Origin: Schmidtea polychroa
Lineage: Eukaryota
Length of the DNA: 64,000 nucleotides
Reading direction: 5' to 3'
NCBI GenBank assembly: GCA_044892525.1
Contig: CM097887.1
Location: 53,196,001-53,260,000, forward strand
Shown here in pieces: positions 14,601 to 25,895 of the stretch. A program made the translations under genes and the position numbers. Each line of letters begins with the position of its first letter. Within the stretch, counting starts at the first letter, position 1. Under the pieces are notes generated by a model. It was not told the origin of the DNA. It worked only from the letters and a program-made list of their open reading frames with translations, and searched no databases.

Positions 14601-15469
14601 ACTTTAGTTTTGTTCCAATCTGGATATAAATTTTTCCAAATAATTTCTGCAGCTATACCACATACGTCCACAAGATTATAAAACTGTGCAATCGGCCATC
14701 TTCTGGTTTTAGGTTTTACCGAAAAAGCATGATACTTTTGGTCCAACGTATCAACCCCACCTTTTGTACTATTATAATATAAGGTTACTTCAGACTTATT
14801 CTTATTTGTGCTGACTACTACAGAATTGTGGTGAATTGTGGATAGGAAGACGAAATCACGATTTTTTTGGTACGTAAAATCTTATTCTATTTGAAAGGAA
14901 ATTCGGCGGTATACATCTTTATTTTTAGATTTTTTTGCGAAGAACTTATAAATGATAGAATACATTGTTATCATTTGGAAACATCAATGTATTTGTGTAT
15001 AATATCTAGTAATTAAAACAAAATGTCATTCAAAGTCACAACCTAGTGTTAATAGGGTTAAATACTGCTTATTAAACACTATTTAATTGAATTATGTTTT
15101 CATTAATTCCGCAACCGATGAATTATTATAAGGCTTTACTAAAACTAAACGAAATAACATTTTTAATAATACTTTTATTTTATCTAAATAGATAATTACC
15201 TTCGCCTTCAACAGTACGAAACTGAAAGACAAAGATATGTTCTTCCAGTTGTAGCAACGGTACAGGTTCTTAATGAACTTTATCGTACAAAATTTATGCC
15301 ATTAGTTATTGGAAGAGCAATTGGGTTAAAATTTGTTAATTCCATCAAACCATTAAAGGTTTGCTTGACAATATTTTTTATAATCAAGATATTTTTGTTG
15401 TAGGAATTTTTTTTAGATGGTGCAACTAAAGGAAAACTTTCAATGAAGAGAAAATGTTGTGAAAATTAA
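5627..15469 (+). CDS. COQ6: Ubiquinone biosynthesis FAD monooxygenase COQ6, 9 exons, 468 aa
   Basis: Exons 5627-5756, 5801-5932, 5978-6036, 6330-6563, 6604-6777, 9796-9903, 9950-10286, 15192-15358 and 15404-15469 are all GT-AG and join in frame (1407 nt). Motifs: DVCIVGGGPVG (GxGxxG), [70 protein letters not shown] at 15484-15489. Confidence 0.93.
7633..8810 (-). mobile_element. Degenerate Tc1/IS630-family (DDE_3-type) transposase gene in COQ6 intron 5
   Basis: Minus-strand frames give an HTH-like region (ELGRILGIKRNTITNIV), IYIDECSFN, LIHDNASI and KLPPYSPFFNPIE. It is frameshifted, has a putative 45 bp intron (8742-8698) and is interrupted by a TTAA-flanked insertion. Confidence 0.85.
8299..8388. 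mobile_element. 82 bp piggyBac-type MITE with TTAA target-site duplication
   Basis: TTAA at 8299-8302 and 8385-8388. TIRs are CCCTTTaatGGAC and CCCTTTcgcGGAC. There is a perfect 20 bp internal palindrome at 8317-8336. Removing the insert restores the transposase frame (KNQL-TTFKR). Confidence 0.85.
8876..9010 (+). pseudogene. Second, inverted fragment of a related Tc1/IS630 transposase
   Basis: Reads WTNKRFGRSRVG...GPNI, homologous to WINKRFGRSRVG...GPNI of the adjacent minus-strand copy, with a small internal deletion. Confidence 0.7.
9120..9161 (+). ncRNA. Minimal type I hammerhead ribozyme
   Basis: Stem I AUAGUA (9120-9125) / UACUAU (9156-9161); core CUGAUGA (9126-9132); stem II GAGC-CAAAA-GCUC; GAAA (9146-9149); palindromic mini stem III ACUAGU; GUC cleavage triplet ending at 9155. 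Confidence 0.85.
10500..11050 (+). pseudogene. Merlin (IS1595-like) transposase remnant in COQ6 intron 7
   Basis: Has a zinc-ribbon-like N-terminal part (CVYCNKNM...WRCMNGRC...SLRKGSW) and RLSGPREIVQIDE..., CWAFCIVD, resembling the Merlin LGGPG.IV.IDE motif. Broken by stops and frameshifts. Confidence 0.75.
13490..13626. repeat. Internally deleted copy of a fold-back (palindromic) MITE family
   Basis: Arms tttattaaaaagagcttga / tcaagctctttttaataaa. The same family occurs at 54426-54665, 58262-58445 and 24525-24648. Confidence 0.75.
13784..13977. mobile_element. MITE with about 65 bp terminal inverted repeats
   Basis: ataagaaaacgccaatcaaaca...cacgatatatttcgacagttttcctgtcat is mirrored by atgacaggaaaactgtcgaaatatatcgtg...tgtttgattggcgttttcttat. 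Confidence 0.8.
14103..15061 (-). mobile_element. Internally deleted piggyBac element in COQ6 intron 7
   Basis: TTAA TSDs at 14103-14106 and 15058-15061; 19 bp TIRs with 3 mismatches. The minus strand encodes YNSTKGGVDTLDQ...KTRRWP..FYNLVDV and a terminal Cys-rich domain CNYC...CSACGKNVCNEH...CKTC. Confidence 0.9.
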
Positions 15470-18059
15470 ATGATTTTTTATTGAATAAAATTTATTAAAT
15501 ATTTTGATATATAGTGGTGCAGAATATGTGATTATATCGTGTACGTGTTAGGTTCATAAAGGGGTTTTACGTCAGTAGTATGCTGACGTCTCCATAATGA
15601 GGTTAATGAAAATGTTTACCCCCTTACGCCTCCAAAAAAAAATTTCACAATTCCTGTGCGCTCTGGAAAGTCGGCTTTGCGATTTAAAATTAAGTTTCAC
15701 TTGTTTATTTGATATTCTTATAATTCCCTTTTCAGTTCTTGACTAAGTTCCTCAAATTCCTATTGCTGGTTTATTCTTTGTTTCCTTATATACTCCAATA
15801 ATTGTTGTAATTTCTCCGTTTTTGACTTAATTGGTTTTGACTTCCTTAGTTATCGTTCTCTAATTAATTATTTCTGTTGACCCTTTTAGTCATTCCCATT
15901 CTTTTGTTTATCCGATTGTTTAACTAATTGCCTTCTAAATTCCCAGTTTGTTTGTTTTTCCATTATTGCCTGTTTTCGACCCTTTTTAAACAATTTCTTC
16001 TCACCGTCTTCTTTACAATTCCCTAATCTACACCTCTTCCGTTTTCCAGCTTTAATTTCGATAAAATTTCATTTTATTCCAATTGCTCAGATTTCCGCAT
16101 TTTCCCATTTCGTGTCTGATTGTACCCTTTTATAGTTTTGTTTTCGTCATATCTTTCTTTGCCATTAATTCTCTGCTTGACCGTTATTCTCTTTCGTTGA
16201 ATTTCGGTTTTCTTTTTACTCGAAACTATTCAATTTAACAAAATTTAATAATTTACCTTTAGAATCCTAGCATATCTATCAAATTTAGCATTTCTATTAT
16301 TTTCGATTCCACAGAAGTTGATTCCTCACACGGAGAGCTACTAAGGCATTAACGAGTGACCTTAGACTATAGCGAACACCGACCAAATTTGCAATAAATT
16401 CAGTAAACTAATCGCAAGGGTATTTCCTTAATGAAGGATGGTTGTAATAGTTCTATACCTGGGTGGTTGATCTTTACTCGCAAGCAAGCTAGAAATGGAG
16501 TTTCTTAATTTTTTTATCATCTCTAAAATTGTAGAGGGAGATAGTTTCAATTTTTTATAACAATTACAACTTTCACTTTATTTGAATCTTTCCTTAGACT
16601 AACTGGCAATTTCTTATATTCCGTCTCTCAAAACAATCTGATTGCTATCCAACGATTATTCCCTCATTTTGCGCAAAATTGCTTTGACAATAAGTGTTGG
16701 ACGATGAGAGTAGACGCATCGACACATTCACTTTGAACAAATATTATAAAACAAGGTCAAACAAATACAGGATGAACATATTTGCAGAAGTTCGAAAATG
16801 AGAACCAATTTAAGTAACTTGATTTCGTGAACAATGAATAGTTTCAATCTATATCAGTCCCTCAATTTACTATCTATATCAGTGTTTTCCAACTGAAAAT
16901 CGCGCCAGGCACACTAAATAGACATAAAATCGCTCACGTCACTTTCGTAAAAGCTTAAAATATTTTAAAAGAAAAAACAATACAATTGAAAAATCGTTCA
17001 CATTGAGTATTTATTAATGAGATGCTTGGGCGTTTTGTTTTGATCATATAAGCTCAAATCGCGGCTCGTTGCTTGATTTTAGAGATTTTCGATTTAAATT
17101 CATTTCTAGCTACCATCGTGAAGAAAAAAACAAGTGATAGATTTATTTTTATATACAACTAAACTTAGTAATTTAAAAATTTTACAGAATTCATGGCACA
17201 TCTTTGACAACAATGATCTATAGCAATAACCGCCGCACCATCACATGTTCAACAAGGGAAATCGTATTGTGACCACAAATATTAAATATACTACAAAAAC
17301 TTCTCCAATAGCAAAAAATAACACGAATTGACAAAGAAACAAAGATGGATTAGAAACACCATCGATTGAAAATGGAACAATTGATTAAAATGATTGATTA
17401 ATTTCCCAGAGGGAGAAAAATTGCTTAATAATTTCTCTGTATTATTTTTTTTAATTAAAATCAATAAAATTTTAAATTAAAAAAAATTTATTTATTTTAA
17501 AATTTTCTTCACACGGCATCGAAAAGTTGCACCACGGCGCTGATATCAATCCCTTCAAAACATTTTATTCATTGAACAATATATTGATATAAAAAACGAC
17601 AAAATAACTGCTGGAAAAATGAATAAGTCATACATATATTGTAAAAAAAATTCATAAAAATAAATATCTGATTAGCCAATTTCCGAATAAGGTTTAAAAT
17701 ATTGTGAATACCGAAATTGACATTATTGAAATAGGAGCTTTTTCTGAAAGTAAAAATGTAACAATAAAATGTAAACTATCAATAGAAATCTACCCATCCG
17801 CCATGTTGAATGACAAACAATTTAATCATATCACTCATGAGGAATGAATAAAGAAATTTCATAACGATCGATATAGCATTAGTGACGGACTTGTGGCACT
17901 TTGTGAACCATTTATAACCAAACACAATTAGTATAATCAGTTTTTTTACACTTACTCCATCATCAAATAAACTGAAAAATACTACATTTAAGATATGGAA
18001 TTTAATTAAAATATTTATTTTGTCGTTATATTTAATATAATAATATAATATATTATAAG

Positions 18060-18397
18060 GCTTTATTATAATTTATTTCTAGTTCTATTTCCAATGTTCG
18101 TAAAAATTATTGTTCGCGTTTTGGAAGGAAGTTTTAGTAATAAAGCTCACCTGCTCATTGGCTCTCTACGATTATGTACATTACCAACATGGTTATTGTT
18201 ATGGGTATATAGATGGAATATAAACGATCATGAAAGCGTTTATATGGATATTTCCACTTATATAAATTTGTCCTTATGTATTCAAATTCATATTTTCTTT
18301 TCCCAAACGCCAACAGGTATATTTTTCCAATCGCTTTCTTTTCTAATTTGAAATTTTTGCATTGTTCCTAGTTGTCTTTTTCCTTCAACTAAACAAC
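18060..18397 (+). repeat. Dispersed repeat; an inverted copy lies at 21699-22517, split by an insertion of about 480 bp
   Basis: 18060-18397 is the near reverse complement of 21699-21965 joined to 22448-22517. Confidence 0.85.
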
Positions 18398-18612
18398 CTT
18401 AGTTCCCAACCTTTTCATAGAACCGTACCTGTACGTTGTAAACAATTTGATGGCGTACCGGTAAGCCTAATTTTTTAATGCGGTATAAAATGCAATGGAG
18501 ATTTGTAATAAAGACAAGTAATATTTACTGCTAAAAATATCAATAAAATATAATTATGACTTAAAAAATAGTTAGTGAGAAGGTTGGACCTGTTTATTAT
18601 TAACTAAAGAAG

Positions 18613-18757
18613 AAATATCGGGCTCAATGTTTGTCAGTTTAAGGCGGAGATCCTATTCAATGTCCAGTAAAGCTCTATACTTGGTTTCCATCGCAGTCAC
18701 TGCAGAAAATCCTGTTTCACATAAATATGTGGTCGCAAATGGCATTAAAAATTTTAG
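18613..18757 (-). pseudogene. hAT Buster/Charlie-type transposase C-terminal remnant
   Basis: The minus strand reads LKFLMPFATTYLCETGFSAVTAMETKYRALLDIE*DLRLKLTNIEPDI, matching the Buster C-terminal PF.TTYLCE.GFS motif. Confidence 0.85.
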
Positions 18758-18840
18758 AAAATTAGAAATTGTAAAATATTAAAATGTATCGGTTATTGTA
18801 GCCGTGTTTTTTTTCGCAAAACAGATTTTTATTTTATATA

Positions 18841-19543
18841 TGTTGGGTATTTTGTGCAAGTCGGTATCACTGCCTGACTCCTTTGAGTTCTTCTTGAAAT
18901 TAAATAAACAACCCAACACAAAAATCTTTATTCGAGACTAATACAGTTATACTTTTTATTGATTCAACCACACTTGATACAACCCTTTTTTGGTCTACAT
19001 TAGTAAATCTTACGTAGGAGTAAATCTTCCAACTTGTACGATTTCAAATATACAAAGTTTTCTTTGTTACTCTCGCTAAATTTCTCGTTTTCTTTTACTT
19101 CGACCAACTGGCAATTCTGTTTACTCGCCGGTCGCTTTTATACCCAATTTGTAATTGATTTTACTTTGTAAAATTAGCCTGGATCCAACTTCCCCCAACT
19201 TCCTCTTGTCGCGCTAATTGCTTTGAGAAATATAATTTTAGACGGCTGATTTAATTGCCTTTCCTAAATGATTGATAATTCGGGTTTTCCATTGTCTCGG
19301 TTCTCCATTAGTTAATTAATTTTTGTTTTTTTTAATTTATTCCTTCTACAGACACCCATTGATTTTATTTTATTATAGTTGAAATCGTCTCTTCTACAAT
19401 CACCAGTTTCCCCCGAAAAATATTCATTTTTAATTTTTTGATTTTTTTTAATTAATATTTTGTACTTTAAATTATTATTGTGAATTTTATGTTTTTATTG
19501 ATATTTAACCTCATTTTTGTACCTCTCTTGTTGAACCCCAACA
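18841..19543 (-). mobile_element. Solo LTR (703 bp) of a family related to the main Gypsy element
   Basis: On the minus strand it starts TGTTGGGGTT and ends CCCAACA. It shares ordered motifs with the main LTR (aatgga..ccga, gtataaaag, ttggtcgaag, aaatcgtacaag, gaataaag..tgtgttg, ggagtcag..accgactt). 4 bp TSD TATA at 18837-18840 and 19544-19547. Confidence 0.85.
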
Positions 19544-21698
19544 TATATAGTAAAGTAATTCGCGTACCGGTAGCTGCTTGCCCGCGTACCGTTACTGGCA
19601 CGCGAACCCAAGGTTGGTATTCCCTGCTATAAGGGATTAATAATGGTGACAGATAAAATTTGCTTACGAAACACATTAATAAATGGGAACATTTGACACC
19701 CCTCAAAATTTTAATTTTTAGCGAATGTTTTTTCGATTGGGTTTTAGTTAGTGATCTATTGATTTTCTACTTTAAGGTTCACTTGTTTTATACTTGAGAA
19801 TTCTTTTAGACAATACAAAAAATTTGCATTCACCGTCTGCTTAGCAAGCACCGAATTGCAACATTTGATTGCAGATGGTCCCCGGTGAATTTCAAATCAC
19901 AATGAGCCATATTCAAATAAAAAGTCACAGCATGACACCGTTGATTATTCTCCTCGTCATCCGTCACTAACGGCATAACATATAATATATCCAATCCTCT
20001 TAAATATTAATTGAGTGCAATTCCATATCGGCCCATTGGCATCATTTCGACTTTGAACAACTAATTTAATAACTTCATAGAAAGGCCATTTTTTTGACAA
20101 ATAGAGTAAAATCAGATACATACTTTCTTTTCAGCATTCGATCTTCTATATCTTCATCATTAAATTCAAAATCAAAATCCAAAAAATTCTCGAATTAATA
20201 AATAATCAATATTATTATGAACTAATTTGTTAACTCAATGGCAGCCAATGCGGTCGAAAACATGTTAAAACGCATTCAGTTCTATTTACAGCTCATTGGT
20301 GTAACTTGATGCTCGTCTGATAAATTTATTTATAAGTTGTTTTTGTTTTCGGAAGTTTTAGGATTATTTTCGTTGTTTTTGAAGTTTTATAGCATGCAGA
20401 ACCAACGTGTCTCATCAACAAGGGTATGTAGTCGGTTATTTGTAACAGTCGTGCTTGGCTTTGTAGGATTTTACTACCTGATTTAATGCTTATACTCTAT
20501 CCTATTTTTCGTCGCAAGGTCTACCTGAGTCTTGATAGGAAATCGCCCTTAGAACACCAACACTACTAAACATGTTGCAATTTTATGTTATCTTTCTAAT
20601 TTTGGCAGAGAATTAGTGTCTCAGTAACCTTATCGAATAAAATTAAAATCCATATTTGAGTAATATTTGTTGTATTGAACTTTATATCTAATAAAGTTGT
20701 AATCGTGAATAAATTAATATCATCATTAATATTAGAAAATAACATCAATCGATAATAGTGAATCAAACGGACATTATTTAATCAATCAAATGCTTTTTAA
20801 TTTATCAAAATTGAGTTGAGAAATGAAAATTTAATAAAAATATAGAAATCATTTGAATTTACCCATTTGCTATAGCAACAAAATTATTATAAGCATCTTG
20901 ATGAGATTTAGTCATTTCTTCAAAATTATTAACTAATTCATCAATTTCATTTTCAGTATTAGATAAAATTTTTTTTAAACGATTAGTATATTCCTGCGAA
21001 TCAAACGGATTGCTAAAATCTATTATCAATATTTTCATAAAGGTATTATTATTTACGTCGTATTATTTGCTGTAGTACTTAGAACTATTTCTGCTGATTC
21101 TAAATTGATATTTTGACTGATATCATTTTCAGCTTCAAGGTTAAATATTTCTCGTAAAATATAATTTGATTCAGGTTCTGCATAAGGAATATCGTCATCA
21201 TTAATGTTCTTAGAGGCCATATTTAATAATAAAATGGAAAATAAAGTTTAAAAATCCTGTTTTATTTAAAATTATAAAAAATAAAATAATATATTAAAAC
21301 ACTTTTTTTTTGTATTATATTTATTAACTGTGTATTAATAATTAGGAGGTGAAAATTTTTAAATTGATAAATATCATTATTGTATTTCAAATGCCTTACT
21401 TAATTGACACTATTGAATTAAAATTAATACGTTTTATTAGACGCGTCTTTAAAACTTTATTTGAAAATTCATTTGTGATATCAAATAGAATTTAATTTTG
21501 GAATATTGAAGAAGTGAAGTAAAAAGATGTTAGGTTGCCAGAAATTATTAATAATTTGTGTGGGGTTGTGGATGTAGTCAGCGAAAACGTCACCTGTTAC
21601 AAGTAGTGAGCATTTGTGGTGACCTTTTAAGCTAATATTGGGTTGCGAGTAAGAAAACTTTCTTATTTCTGTTGGGACAAAACTAAGAAAATAAATAA

Positions 21699-22517
21699 TT
21701 GTTTAGTTGAAGGGAAAAACAACTAGGAAAAATACAAAAAATTTAAATTAGAAAGAAAGCGATTGGAAAAATATACCTGTTGACGTTTAGGGAAAGAAAA
21801 GATTAATTTGAATACATAAGGATAAATGTGTACAAGTGGAAATATCCATACAGAGGCTTTCATGATCGTTTATATTCTATCTATATACCCATAACAATAA
21901 CCATGTTGGTAATGTACATAATCGTAGAGAGCCAATGAGCAGGTGAGCTTTATTACTAAAACTATTCCTAATTGTGCTTTATATACGGGTTCTGGGCTGT
22001 CGATAGCATGACTTAGCATGACACTTCGGCTTCCGACAAAATCTCATCTAGATCAAAGAAATTTTAAGTCATATTTAGCGTAAAGGTCATGCCATCGATA
22101 TTAAGATCCATGTCTGGTGGAATCTCCTAGGTATGCAGTTTACTCAAGACCTTCATCGCCCATTGTTTGGCGTATCTGACCACCTTCTTCATTTGCTTTC
22201 ACTTCGGCTTCTGCAATGGTGGATTGGCATTATGAATTGTGGCGCACAAGTAAATTATGAGTGAAGGAATCCAAATCCTAGTAGATGGATCTCACGTCAA
22301 TCATATAATGAGCTAGAATCAGTTTGGCCATTTCAGAAGATTGAAGACTGTGAATTCTGTGCTGTAACTTGGTTTTAGTGTCGACCTGTTATAGGGCATG
22401 CGTCTGTTCCTTTAACTCTAACCGCAACTCTAAACTATCTGAAACTTATTCCTTCCAAAACTCCAACAATAATTTAAACGAACATTGGAATTAGAACTAG
22501 AAATAAATTATAATAAA
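21699..22517 (-). repeat. Inverted copy of the 18060-18397 repeat containing an insertion of about 480 bp
   Basis: Homology breaks at about 21965 and resumes at about 22448; attcct occurs at both junctions. Confidence 0.75.
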
Positions 22518-24524
22518 CTTTAGCAAAACTAAAAATAGAAAAGTCGATTTTCATAAAATCAAGTGAAACTAGAAAAAGAAAAAAATGACGCCAGTCACAT
22601 TCAACAAAAGTATCATCATTTCCTTTGCTCTTTCTCATTAGTCCGCTTCCTGGACTCTGCTGCCCTTCCTCGTCATCACTGTTAGAATTAAAATCGAATT
22701 CATATAATTTGGATCTCATTCCTTACTAAAATTAATATTAACCAATCAATTCAACACTATAAAGGTTTGAGATTCCCTATGAAAGTTATAATATGGTAAG
22801 ATCCTTAACCAAATACAAAAAAAGACAGTTTATTTTTATTAATACGTTATTTAAGAGTTGGATTTGTAAAAATACACATAAGACGAAAATATAATAGATG
22901 TATACTTAAACTATGCCGCAACTAAATCGGGGAAACTGGGGCACTTGTTAGGGACTAGATCGAATGGGGCCAGAAAGACCTCTCGGGAAAAGTTCATCTC
23001 GGTTATTTACTGCTTATTTTGATATACAGAATGGATACAAAAGCGTCGAAAAGCAGTTTAAATTGAGAAATATGATAAATTACACTAACATAAGTTTAAA
23101 AAGGATAGATTTAGTATTTGGGATATTTATATGGCCAATCGCAAACATAATAAAATAATTAATGTAGGGATTTGTTTATAGTTTGGTCTTGAAAAAGATA
23201 TTATACACTAGCGTTATCAGAATGTTGGGACATTCTTTAAAAAAAAATTTTTATTAAAGAGACATTGATTTTCAGAATGAAAGTTTCTTTTGCTATTGAA
23301 CTTTGTGCAAAATTTTTCAAAAAACTTCGCTTGGTGAGCCCTTCGATTTAACTTTTTTATAAACTTCATAAACAATCGTGATATAAATTATAAGTACATA
23401 ATTTTTAGTTACACCTAGTGTGTGTTTGTGTACTATGTATGTATAATTTTTGTGTAATTTTACACCAAACACCACTGAGATACGTTTCCTATAATATAAG
23501 GGAAAATCGATAATCTTACATTATAGAAACATACATACTTACTTCAATTTCACGCTAATGTTCACATTTATAGTGCAATGAGATACATTTTACACCATAT
23601 AAATCTAAAAAAGTGATAGAAAAATTAAATACTACACACAAACACAACATATACTAAAAAACATAGAAATGCGCCGCTGAGATACGTTTCTATAATAACT
23701 TTATATTAGACAATTTTTAGAAAAAAAATCATCGCTAAAAATGTTTTTAAATGTATTTTAAAAGAAACTACGTTAAATTATCATGAAATATCATCACAAG
23801 AATTATTTTTGAGTTAAATTTAAGTTAAATATTCATTAGAATACAATGATATAATTGATGAATTTTACTGAGAGCTAGAAAATTTGCATTATAATTTCTT
23901 AGTATTATTTTTTTAATTAAAATCAATAAAAATGAATGCAATAAAATTTTTTTTTAAATCCCCAACCGTTACATCACGGCGCTGGAATTTAACGATATCT
24001 ACACAATTCTTTCCGAATTAATATGAACGACTTAAAACTTAATACAATTTCTTTCAAGAATTTGCTTATTTTTCTCTTTCATGAATGAGTATTACTATTG
24101 TTGTGATTTAGTCTCAAATGAAATGTTTATCAAATTAGTCTATTAGTGAGACGAATCATGGCAATCTGCCATAGAATAGTTCCTTAAAGAGATGCTCACT
24201 ACATGAATAGTTTCTGAAAGTGATTGTTATACTATTTTCAAATTAATTTGTTATTAAAAGGGAATTTGTATGTTATACTCATATAACATTTTGTTTTTCG
24301 ATAAAAAATACGTCAATACGCAATTAAATCAAAATTATGGACAGTATTCCGTGATTCTGACTGAATACCAATAAAAAGTATGTGTGCATGTATCACACAG
24401 TGTACATTTTTTATAGATTAAATTTGGAAATAGTGTCACGAGTATACCATAGGTAATGAAAAGGATTCGCTTGGGGAAAGGAAACTAAAAGTCAAGTAAC
24501 TACTAACTTGATTATATATTATAA

Positions 24525-24648
24525 GAACTTTTTTCAATATTCACCTCTGATTTCTTTTAAATTGACATTCTTTTCATTAGAAATTTTTTGACTATGAATC
24601 AGTAAAGATATTGATGTATTTTTGTATGTTCACTAATTTTCGACACTG
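24525..24648. repeat. Arm of the fold-back MITE family, truncated by the N gap
   Basis: ataagaactttttt...actatgaatcagtaaagatattgatg is the reverse complement of the arm at 58320-58445. Confidence 0.65.
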
Positions 24649-24852
24649 NNNNNNNNNNNNNNNNNNNNNNNNNNNNNNNNNNNNNNNNNNNNNNNNNNNN
24701 NNNNNNNNNNNNNNNNNNNNNNNNNNNNNNNNNNNNNNNNNNNNNNNNNNNNNNNNNNNNNNNNNNNNNNNNNNNNNNNNNNNNNNNNNNNNNNNNNNNN
24801 NNNNNNNNNNNNNNNNNNNNNNNNNNNNNNNNNNNNNNNNNNNNNNNNNNNN
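24649..24852. other. Assembly gap (204 N)
   Basis: N run; it hides the left junction and the first 20 bp of LTR1. Confidence 1.
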
Positions 24853-25639
24853 TAAAATAAATTTCACAGGGTACCAGAAAACAGAACAAAAAATGGTAAA
24901 ATCAATATAAGTACAAAATTAATTAAAATTTAATAAAAATTAAAAATCAATATTGAACGGGGGTATCGGGTATGGTTGAATGCCAAATTGTTAGACGAGG
25001 TTAGAAAGTATAATAAAAATGTAATAGGGTGACCATAGAAAAAGTTAATAAGGAAAAACAAATTAATTAAAATTAATTAATCTGTAATGGAAAGCCCGAG
25101 CCAATGGAAAGCCCGAGCCCATGGGAAACCCGAGCACTGAAGAAAACCCGATGCGCAGTGAGACCCGAGACACCAGATAAGGGAATAACAATTCGGATAA
25201 TAATCGCAGGGTAAATAAATTTAAATAATTGTCGAACCGTTCCAAATTTACTTAGGGTGCCCGGGGAAATAATTAATTTCATTTTGTTAGATAATTGGCC
25301 TCTTAAAAACAGTATAAAAGGAGAGCTTAGAAATGAGCAAGCCGCCATTTGGTCGAAGAGAAAAAGGAAAAATCTAAACAGAAAGTCCAGCAGGGACAAG
25401 TTAAAAGAGGAAAATTTGTGAGTTATAAAGAAGCTAAATCGTACAAGACAAGGTAATTACCCCTTGGGTTTCTTACCTTAGCGAACCAAATTCAAATTGA
25501 GAGAAAGGTGCAAATAGTGACAAATTGTAATTGTGATAAAAAGTGAATAAAGTTATTCTGTGTTGAGTTTTCGTTGATTTGGTAAAACAAGGACACGAGG
25601 AGTCAGAGACAGGACCGACTTACAAGTAAAAACTCAACA
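24853..25639 (+). repeat. LTR1 (first 20 bp in gap)
   Basis: Matches 38353-39139 and ends CAACA. TATAAAAG at 25313-25320; AATAAA at 25546-25551. Confidence 0.95.
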
Positions 25640-25642
25640 TTT

Positions 25643-25660
25643 TGGTGAGCCCGACGTGAT
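25643..25660 (+). promoter_or_regulatory. Primer binding site, tRNA-Trp
   Basis: TGGTGAGCCCGACGTGAT begins 3 nt after the LTR end. It is 17/18 identical to the classical tRNA-Trp PBS TGGTGACCCCGACGTGAT. Confidence 0.9.
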
Positions 25661-25744
25661 CAAGTCGGCAGTGAATATTGTGGAAAAGTGAAAAGAGAAA
25701 ATTGAAAATAATTGAAAGTTGAATATAATTGCCAAGATATAAAG

Positions 25745-25895
25745 TGAAATTAAATTTGTTAAAGAGAAATTAAATTGAAAAAGAAAAGAAAAAATTGAAA
25801 TTAAATTTGTTAAAGAGAAATTAAATTGAAAAAGAAAAGAAAAAAATTGAAATTAAATTTGTTAAAGAGAAATTAAATTGAAAAAAAAAAGAGAA
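25745..25895 (+). repeat. Three tandem copies of a 51-52 bp unit in the 5' leader
   Basis: tgaaattaaatttgttaaagagaaattaaattgaaaaa... starts at 25745, 25796 and 25848. Confidence 0.9.

Noticed and set aside
22474-22719. Acidic 81 aa minus-strand ORF (similar short acidic frame near 20120-20200)
   Set aside because: These could be transposase N-terminal scraps, but there is no diagnostic motif.
24592-24910. ORFs containing X runs (also 56017-56199)
   Set aside because: Artefacts of translating through N gaps.
25063-25399. Minus-strand 60 aa and 108 aa ORFs inside each LTR
   Set aside because: They have no motif and no counterpart seen in the related solo LTR; they repeat only because the LTR repeats.
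25085-25895. CRISPR-like reading of the LTR and leader repeats
   Set aside because: Eukaryotic context, no unique spacers of regular length and no cas genes.
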